From NCBI GenBank assembly GCA_039680575.1, contig JBDKSP010000034.1, positions 1-18,817 on the forward strand: a stretch of DNA of 18,817 nucleotides. The letters run 5' to 3'. The notes below the pieces were generated by a model. That model worked only from the letters and a program-made list of their open reading frames with translations. It searched no databases and was not told where the DNA came from. This DNA is from Armatimonadota bacterium (GTDB taxonomy: Bacteria > Armatimonadota > UBA5829 > DTLH01). The translations under genes were made by a program, and so were the position numbers. The number at the start of each line of letters is the position of its first letter. Position 1 is the first letter of the stretch. This document shows positions 1-6,592 of the stretch, piece by piece.

Positions 1-126
1 ACCCTGAACTAAGGAGTTTCAGGTATTACCTGAAACTCTCCCCGGAAGATTTTCGGCTATAGCCGAAAATCCATAGATTCAGGGTCCATTCTTTTCCTGG
101 ATGCTGAGTCAAGCTCAGCATGACGT
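1..126. repeat. Nested palindromic REP-like element, left copy (truncated by window edge)
   Basis: Perfect palindromes at 14-38 (gagtttcaggta-t-tacctgaaactc) and 48-71 (gattttcggcta|tagccgaaaatc) are enclosed by accctgaa(1-8)/ttcagggt(78-85). A further hairpin is atgctgag-tcaag-ctcagcat (101-121). The reverse complement of 59-126 matches 18607-18674 at 63/68 positions. Confidence 0.85.
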
Positions 127-155
127 ATTGTTCACTAATTCTGAACTCTTACTTC

Positions 156-2291
156 TCAACTGATAGTTGCGAGTTGAAAATCTTCGTATTTCTTAAGCAT
201 ATCGGACTTCAGCGCCCGAATTTCGGGATTTGCGAGGTTCGGATCGATTTTTATCATTTCGAACGCTTCTTTTCTCGCAAGCTCCAAAATCGGAATATCA
301 CGGAATATGTCCGTAACTTTGAGCGCCGGCAGTCCACTTTGCCTGGTCCCGTAGAACTCTCCCGGTCCCCTGATCTTCAAATCTTCTTCTGATATGATAA
401 ACCCATCCGTCGTCTGTGTCATCACCCTGAGTCTTGCGATTGCGTCATCGTTCGACGCATCTCCGACCATTACACAAAACGACTGGTTATCGCCTCTCCC
501 TACCCGGCCTCTGAGCTGATGAAGCTGTGCAAGCCCGAACCGATGCGCATCCTCAATGACCATAACGGTGGCATTCGGCACATCGACCCCGACCTCTATG
601 ACCGTGGTCGCAACGAGCACGTCGATATCGCCTGCCCGAAACGCCGACATCACTGTTTCTTTCCCGGCAGTCTTCATCTGCCCGTGAAGCAGGCCTACTC
701 TCAAATCTGAAAAGACATCATTTGCCAGGTGCTCGTAAATCTCTGTCGCGGCCTTCGCCTGCAGTTTTTCGGACTCCTCGACCAGCGGGCAGACGATGTA
801 AGCCTGCCTTCCTTCGGCTACGAGCTTCCGAACACCGCCGTAAACTCTGTCCCGCTCATCAATCTGCTTCCAGTGAGTGCGGACCGGCTTGCGGCCCGGC
901 GGTAACTCGTCGATTATCGAAATCTCAAGGTCGCCGTAGACTGTCAGCGTGAGCGTCCGGGGAATCGGAGTCGCCGTCATTACGAGTACATCAGGGTTCA
1001 GACCCTTATCTCTAAGCGCCGCGCGCTGTAAAACACCAAATCTGTGCTGCTCATCGATTATCACAAGCCCCAGCCTGGAAAATTCGACATTTTCCTGTAT
1101 GACTGCGTGCGTTCCGATGACCAGATTGGTCTCACCCGATGCGATCCGCTCGCAAGCCTCCCGTTTTTTCTTCGCAGTGACGCTTCCGGTCAGGAGATCG
1201 ACCTTCACATGGAGCGCGGAGAGCATCTGGGAAAGCCCCAAGTAGTGCTGCTCGGCCAGAATCTCCGTCGGGGCCATAAGCGCGGACTGATAGCCGTTTG
1301 CGGCAGCTATCAGAATGGCGGCCATCGCGACGGCGGTCTTTCCTGAGCCTACATCTCCCTGCAGCAGCCGGTTCATGCAGTCCGGGCGGGACATGCTTCC
1401 GCTAATCTCACGAATAACCTTCTTCTGAGCGCCCGTGAGTTCGAACGGCAGCGCGGAGTGTAACATCTCTTTTAAGTTTTCAGGGATCGCAAACGATATA
1501 CCCGATCCGGGCGTATCAATCTCACGCTTTCTCAGCGCAAGCGCAAGCTGCAGCATAAAAAGCTCTTCGAATACGAGCCTTTTCCTCGCAGCTTCAAGCG
1601 CCTCTTTGCCTTCGGGAAAATGCATGTTCCGAATGGCGTCAGCTATATCCATCAGGTCCAGCCGGTCGCGTAACTTTTCCGGCAGAACCTCTGGAACCAG
1701 GTTCAAATATCCATCAAGGGCGTTCGATACAATCTTTCGTGTCGTGCCCTGAAACAATCCTTCTGTAAGAGGATAGACAGGGACTATTCTCTTCGACGAG
1801 AGCGGGTCCTCATCCTCTTTCAGTTCTTCCCACTCCGGGGTCTGGATTTCTATCCCCCAACGGCCGATCTCCGCCGTGCCGTAGACGATGATTTTCTTGC
1901 CCCTAAGCTTCAGAAACTTGTCTTTCAAATAATGCTGGTTAAACCAGGTGAGCGTGGCGACTCCCGAACCGTCATCTATCACCACTTTGGTAAGGACCAG
2001 CCCGCCTCGCGGCCGGACGTTGTCCGATGCGATTACCGCACCGGCTATGGTGACCTCTTCGCCTCCGCGCAGGCTGCCGATTTTCGCAAGATGCGAGCGG
2101 TCTTCGTGTCTGCGCGGAAAATGATAAATCAGGTCACGTACGTTAAAAATGCCCAGCTTGCCGAGTACACGGGACATCCTTTCGCCAACGCCCTTTACAT
2201 ACTGCACCGGCGAATCGAGTGTCTTGTACGTGGACACGGAGCTGGGTCCTCTTTTAGGCGCTGCCGCGCCTTTAGCTGGTATCATCGCCAT
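156..2291 (-). CDS. recG: ATP-dependent DNA helicase RecG
   Basis: 711 aa. N-terminal VKGVG...DLIYHFPRRHED and wedge/OB region, PVYPLTEGL, RLLQGDVGSGKT (Walker A), MAPTEILAEQH, DEQH box, MTATPIPRTL, QLRGRVGRG, and TRG motif EEDLKIRGPGEFYGTRQSG. Confidence 0.98.
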   Translation of the reverse strand: MAMIPAKGAAAPKRGPSSVSTYKTLDSPVQYVKGVGERMSRVLGKLGIFNVRDLIYHFPRRHEDRSHLAKIGSLRGGEEVTIAGAVIASDNVRPRGGLVLTKVVIDDGSGVATLTWFNQHYLKDKFLKLRGKKIIVYGTAEIGRWGIEIQTPEWEELKEDEDPLSSKRIVPVYPLTEGLFQGTTRKIVSNALDGYLNLVPEVLPEKLRDRLDLMDIADAIRNMHFPEGKEALEAARKRLVFEELFMLQLALALRKREIDTPGSGISFAIPENLKEMLHSALPFELTGAQKKVIREISGSMSRPDCMNRLLQGDVGSGKTAVAMAAILIAAANGYQSALMAPTEILAEQHYLGLSQMLSALHVKVDLLTGSVTAKKKREACERIASGETNLVIGTHAVIQENVEFSRLGLVIIDEQHRFGVLQRAALRDKGLNPDVLVMTATPIPRTLTLTVYGDLEISIIDELPPGRKPVRTHWKQIDERDRVYGGVRKLVAEGRQAYIVCPLVEESEKLQAKAATEIYEHLANDVFSDLRVGLLHGQMKTAGKETVMSAFRAGDIDVLVATTVIEVGVDVPNATVMVIEDAHRFGLAQLHQLRGRVGRGDNQSFCVMVGDASNDDAIARLRVMTQTTDGFIISEEDLKIRGPGEFYGTRQSGLPALKVTDIFRDIPILELARKEAFEMIKIDPNLANPEIRALKSDMLKKYEDFQLATIS

Positions 2292-2320
2292 TTTAGATTT
2301 AGATCCCGCTCGCCCTTTCG

Positions 2321-2350
2321 ATTATATTTACCGGAGGGCCTTTTTGTCAA
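2321..2350 (-). promoter_or_regulatory. sigma70/SigA promoter of recG
   Basis: Minus strand TTGACA (2350-2345), 18-nt spacer, TATAAT (2326-2321). Both hexamers are perfect consensus, ~30 nt upstream of the ATG. Confidence 0.8.
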
Positions 2351-2392
2351 GCCGCCGCAGCTATTTGCGGACATTCCCTATTAGTATAACAG

Positions 2393-2593
2393 GATGACGC
2401 CGAAGTGTAAAATCGGTGAAAAACAACTATCAGGGTGCATACAAAGCTATGGTAGCGATGTTTTTCACCCGAGTCTCGGCTCGATGATCCCGTCCAATGA
2501 GCATAGGCTGCCCACTTGGAACGTAACCAGGTGCAGAACCTACTTGCTTTACCTTAAATATGGGATACACACACTATCAAATCGAGCGTTGTC
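2393..2593 (+). ncRNA. Candidate structured RNA of unassigned family (three-way junction, two long arms)
   Basis: Hand-folded. Closing stem 2393-2400/2586-2593. Arm 1 has an 11-bp perfect stem 2415-2425/2459-2469. Arm 2 is a rod at 2479-2587. Non-Watson-Crick pairs in the stems are G-U on the + strand. Confidence 0.45.
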
Positions 2594-2772
2594 AAATGTG
2601 TAACCGTGTGATAAAGTAACAAAGGTCCGGACGGGAATGGTCCACATTTGCAGACCACTTTTCTGGCTTAAAATATACCCCGCCAGCCGACAGGCAGCGC
2701 ATTTTGTCGGCAGGCCTGACCCGGGAGGTCCGACTACTTAAGGCGGGACTGAAAGCACCGAGGAGGTTTTTA

Positions 2773-4263
2773 ATGCGGTTTGAAGCAATTCAGCAGTCTT
2801 TGGTTGATGCGGAGTGCGATATCCTCGTAATCAACTTGTTTGAGGGCGTAAAGAAGCCCGGAGGCGGAACAAGCGCAGTCGATGCGGCGGTAAGCGGAGC
2901 CATTACCACGCTTATCGAACGGGAAAATTTTGAAGGAAAATTAGGACAGGTCACTGACCTCACCCCGTGTGCTGGTGTAAAGGCATCGAGGATTGTCGTA
3001 GTGGGGCTTGGAAAACAGGAAGAGTTCGATGCGGACGCAATTCGGAAGGCAGCATCCGCGGCGGCGAAACGCGCTCGCGACCTGTCCGCAAAGCACATTG
3101 CCACCATTCTGCATGGTGGCGGTATCGGCGGGATAGACCCTACCACCGCAGCGCTCGCAATTGCGGAGGGAACTATCCTGGGCACCTATCAGTTCAATAA
3201 ATACAAGACTTCTGATACCAAACCCAATCCCATCGAGAAGATAGATATAGTGGAGACGGATGCCGGAAAGATCGCCGCCATCAAGTCCGGCATCGAACGC
3301 GGCCAGGCGATAGCGGAAGCGAAGAATTTCGCCCGTGATCTGACCAATGAGCCGGCAAACGCTCTCAATCCGACCGTCCTCGCCGAACACGCGATGTCGG
3401 TTGCGAAGGAGTCTGGGCTCGAGTGCCGCGTCATCAGCCGGGATGAGATGAAAAAACTCGGGATGAACCTGCTTCTGAGCGTTGCAAAGGGCAGCGCCGA
3501 GGAGCCTAAATTCATCGTTTTGCGCTACCGTGGAGCGAGCGATGCAAAGACAATCGCTCTCGTAGGAAAAGGGCTTACCTTTGACTCCGGCGGACTTAAC
3601 ATCAAGGGAGCCGGGAACATGGCGGATATGAAAGACGATATGGCCGGAGCCGCAGTAGTCCTTGCTTCTATGAAGGCGATAGCCGCGCTCAAACCGAAGG
3701 TAAATGTTCTTGGGATCATGCCGGCCACGGAGAACATGCCCGGCAGTAAGGCTACACGCCCCGGCGATATAGTGGCAGGGCTTTCCGGCAAAACGGTGGA
3801 GATAAACAATACCGACGCCGAAGGCAGGCTGATACTCGCTGACGCGGTTGTGTTCGCGGAGCAAGAGCATGCGGACGAGATTATCGACATCGCGACACTT
3901 ACCGGAGCCTGTGTGGTAGCGTTCGGAAATGATATGGCAGCGATCATGGGCACGGACCAGGGCATGGTTGACGGGTTGATCAAGAGCGGTAAGGATGGCG
4001 GCGAACTGTATTGGCAGCTTCCGCTTTATCAGCCGTACGAGGACAGCCTGAAGAGCGACGTCGCGGATATGAAGAACTCCGGCGGACGCGAAGCCGGAAC
4101 GATAGTCGGCGGACTGTTCATCAAAAAACATGTCGGGAAGACACCATGGGTGCATATCGACATCGCCGGCACAGGTTCGAGCAACAAAGAGACCCCGCTG
4201 TGCCCCAAGGGCGGCACTGGATTCGGCGTAAGCACGTTCGTCAACTACGTGATGAGCCGCTGA
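2773..4263 (+). CDS. pepA: Leucyl aminopeptidase (peptidase M17)
   Basis: Metal-binding motifs VGKGLTFDSGG, MKDDMAGAA, NTDAEGRLILAD, DIATLTGA and WVHIDIAG. Start moved from 2704 to ATG 2773, which follows a GAGGAGG Shine-Dalgarno (496 aa). Confidence 0.97.
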   Translation: MRFEAIQQSLVDAECDILVINLFEGVKKPGGGTSAVDAAVSGAITTLIERENFEGKLGQVTDLTPCAGVKASRIVVVGLGKQEEFDADAIRKAASAAAKRARDLSAKHIATILHGGGIGGIDPTTAALAIAEGTILGTYQFNKYKTSDTKPNPIEKIDIVETDAGKIAAIKSGIERGQAIAEAKNFARDLTNEPANALNPTVLAEHAMSVAKESGLECRVISRDEMKKLGMNLLLSVAKGSAEEPKFIVLRYRGASDAKTIALVGKGLTFDSGGLNIKGAGNMADMKDDMAGAAVVLASMKAIAALKPKVNVLGIMPATENMPGSKATRPGDIVAGLSGKTVEINNTDAEGRLILADAVVFAEQEHADEIIDIATLTGACVVAFGNDMAAIMGTDQGMVDGLIKSGKDGGELYWQLPLYQPYEDSLKSDVADMKNSGGREAGTIVGGLFIKKHVGKTPWVHIDIAGTGSSNKETPLCPKGGTGFGVSTFVNYVMSR

Positions 4264-4274
4264 TTTGAAAATAT

Positions 4275-4304
4275 GGGGCCGGTGACGGCCCCTTCCTCTT
4301 ATTT
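4275..4304 (+). terminator. Probable intrinsic terminator after pepA
   Basis: ggggccg-GTGA-cggcccc (7-bp stem, GNRA loop) followed by the pyrimidine tract ttcctcttattt. Confidence 0.65.
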
Positions 4305-4409
4305 CCACTCCATATTGTATCTTTCGGAAAGTATGAGCAGAACGTATTTTTTGTGATGCTGAATACGACCCTCTTATAAAAACTAAGCTTTGTAATGGGA
4401 GATTTTGAA

Positions 4410-5462
4410 ATGCGTTACGTGGTCGTGGTAATCGTAGTTGTGGCGTTAGTGCTTGGTTTGATCGCTTTTCAACATTCACTGCAATCCAAACTGATGCAAA
4501 AAGTTATCTGGACCGTTCCATCCGGTGAATACGGCTGTGATGTGGCGTGTACATCTCCAGATAGTTTTGCAGTCCTTACTCATAGCAAAGATTGCTCACT
4601 GCTGCGTGAGATAAAGTGTTCTGGCGCCGTAACCAGCAAAGTAATTTTGCCTGGTGATGAAATCTACTCTATTGCAGGGGCAAATGGCCGGTACGTTGCG
4701 GTCAACCAATCGGAGCTTAGTGCCTTATGTGTCGATATGAAGAGCAGCAAAGTGCACAGTCTCGGCGAAGGTGTTCTATTCGATTTTGGTATAAGCGGCA
4801 ACGCCTACCCCATAAGTCCATATGGGCCTTATGCGCTGCTGGCTGTCGAGAAAGACAGAGTGTTGAGAGTAGTAAACTACGAGACTGGTGCAACGGAACG
4901 TGACATCGCAGAAGTGAAAAACAACCTGGGCGAATACATAAGGTGGCAACAGGGAAGTAGCAATCTGATATGGCTCGATCCAAAAACCTGCCTCCTCCAC
5001 TATGAAAAAGGCTCTACCGTAGCCGGACTCTCCAAACAAATAACGGGAACTGGCAAAATGGAGGTGGTTCTTTCTCCTGACGCAAAGAAAGCTGCCGTAT
5101 TTCCAAAAGGACAACTGCCCGGCATAGACATATCTATAATTGATGTAAAAACAGGCCGTATACTCACCAAGCTCCATGAATCAATTGGCAACTGTTGTAT
5201 CCAATGTGTCCGATGGTCACCTGACTCTTCAACCATTGCAATAAGTCTACTCAACCCTAAGATCGAGGGAGTCCCTTTCTTCTACATCCTTCGCGCTGGT
5301 GGTAAAAAAACAATGGTGTCACTCAAAAATGGGTGGTGCTTCTATAGAGGCTATTCGACATTTGATTGGTTTGGTGATAGCAAGAGGTTGGTTCTGAGTG
5401 CATATCGAAACTATGGAAAACAGAACGCTGTAGTCCTGGTTGATATGGACAGGCATCCGTAA
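4410..5462 (+). CDS. Hypothetical membrane-anchored beta-propeller (TolB/WD40-like) protein
   Basis: Hydrophobic N-terminal anchor (MRYVVVVIVVVALVLGLIAF) and propeller-blade motifs ISPYG, LSPDAKKAAV, WSPDSSTIAI, WFGDSKRLV. ATG 4410 follows GGGAG; the alternative start is 4395. Confidence 0.7.
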   Translation: MRYVVVVIVVVALVLGLIAFQHSLQSKLMQKVIWTVPSGEYGCDVACTSPDSFAVLTHSKDCSLLREIKCSGAVTSKVILPGDEIYSIAGANGRYVAVNQSELSALCVDMKSSKVHSLGEGVLFDFGISGNAYPISPYGPYALLAVEKDRVLRVVNYETGATERDIAEVKNNLGEYIRWQQGSSNLIWLDPKTCLLHYEKGSTVAGLSKQITGTGKMEVVLSPDAKKAAVFPKGQLPGIDISIIDVKTGRILTKLHESIGNCCIQCVRWSPDSSTIAISLLNPKIEGVPFFYILRAGGKKTMVSLKNGWCFYRGYSTFDWFGDSKRLVLSAYRNYGKQNAVVLVDMDRHP

Positions 5463-5587
5463 AACCACCGGTTTTCTCAAAAACTAGTACAATTACCAGG
5501 TATAAAAAGGCGAACAGGTATGCATATTGCGGCAGTATATAATATAGAAGAGCTGTAAAGATCAGCCCGGCCAAGGAGGTGGACGAG

Positions 5588-6550
5588 ATGAAACGAGCAG
5601 CGTTAGTCGTTTTTATCGTTGTAGCTCAAGCATGCTCCGCTCCGTTATCCGCGTCCGGAGTCGTCTACCAGAAACAGGTCGCATGCCAAACACCTGTCCA
5701 CGTCGTTTACGTGGACCTTAACAACAGCGACGTCAAGGTAACCGTCGCTATCTCGAAGGCCGGTCGTGGAAGTTCCGAACCGGCAGCATCGATAGTATCC
5801 AGGACTCAACCGAAAGCCGCCATTACCGGCACTTTCTTCGACACCAGATCGCTTCTTCCTACGGGAGATATCGTCATCGCCGGAGTCCGCGCCCATTCCG
5901 GGTGCGTCGGGCCCGCACTTTGTATCTCGGCTGATAATCGCGCGGAGATCATCCCGCATAAACTGCGAGACCGAAGCCGGATGTCTGATTACGAAACAGT
6001 CCTTGCCGGTGGGCCATCGCTGGTCTATAACGGACAGATCGCGCTTAACCCTGGAGCCGAGGGGTTCAAAGACCCTTCGTTGTTCAGGAGCACCCAGCGG
6101 ACTGCAGTAGGTATTACTGCAGCGCACAAGATCATCCTGGTATCGGTCAACAGGTCTGTAAGCATGCACCGTCTGGCTAAAATCATGCTTAAGCTGGGGT
6201 CAGTCCAGGCTATGATGCTCGACGGTGGTTCATCGACATCGCTTTACGCTAACGGCCGGTTTTTATCGAAGACATCCAGAAAACTGACTAACCTGCTTCT
6301 CGTATACGAGAAGCCCGAAGACTATATGAGTGCTATCGGGCAGCTTGCTCCGACACTTGTCACGGAGCAACAGGTAATCGCCCGCGCGGACCGTCCGCGG
6401 CACGAAGCGGAAGATTACAGGTATGAACCGGAGAACGGGTCTTGGAGCGACATTCTCGCCAGGTCATCGAAACCGGCGGTAATGCCGTTCGATCTTCGAG
6501 CGCCGGGAACGCGCCCGCCGTCCACGGCATGGCTGTCTTTCATCAAATAA
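5588..6550 (+). CDS. Exported phosphodiester glycosidase family (NAGPA domain) protein
   Basis: Signal peptide-like N-terminus, AAITGTFF, LAGGPSLV, RTAVGIT, and family signature AMMLDGGSST. Strong SD AAGGAGGT lies before ATG 5588. Confidence 0.85.
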   Translation: MKRAALVVFIVVAQACSAPLSASGVVYQKQVACQTPVHVVYVDLNNSDVKVTVAISKAGRGSSEPAASIVSRTQPKAAITGTFFDTRSLLPTGDIVIAGVRAHSGCVGPALCISADNRAEIIPHKLRDRSRMSDYETVLAGGPSLVYNGQIALNPGAEGFKDPSLFRSTQRTAVGITAAHKIILVSVNRSVSMHRLAKIMLKLGSVQAMMLDGGSSTSLYANGRFLSKTSRKLTNLLLVYEKPEDYMSAIGQLAPTLVTEQQVIARADRPRHEAEDYRYEPENGSWSDILARSSKPAVMPFDLRAPGTRPPSTAWLSFIK

Positions 6551-6561
6551 AAAGTGAAGTG

Positions 6562-6590
6562 GCGCCCCCGGCAAAGGGGGCGCTTTCTTA
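6562..6590. terminator. Terminator hairpin between convergent genes
   Basis: gcgccccc-ggcaaa-gggggcgc (8-bp perfect stem) followed by tttctta, with an A-rich stretch upstream. It lies between stop codons at 6550 (+) and 6593 (-). Confidence 0.75.
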
Positions 6591-6592
6591 TC

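Noticed and set aside
2398..2435. Resemblance to glycine or lysine riboswitch (cgccgaag...tcagg)
   Set aside because: The upstream GGAGAG (glycine) and AGAGG (lysine) core elements are missing, and the stronger hand fold is incompatible.
2394..2603. 69-aa ORF in the recG-pepA intergenic region
   Set aside because: No convincing SD or motifs, and the region is better explained as structured RNA. It cannot be strictly excluded.
2623..2640. SRP RNA-like aggtccgga motif
   Set aside because: Lacks the GGAA tetraloop followed by GGAAGCAG and the flanking helix.
2704..2772. Longer N-terminus for pepA (also 13453 for mtaB and 5579 for the NAGPA gene)
   Set aside because: SD position and family N-termini favour the downstream ATGs.
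2941..4479. 512-aa antisense ORF
   Set aside because: Shadow of pepA on the opposite strand with no recognisable motifs.
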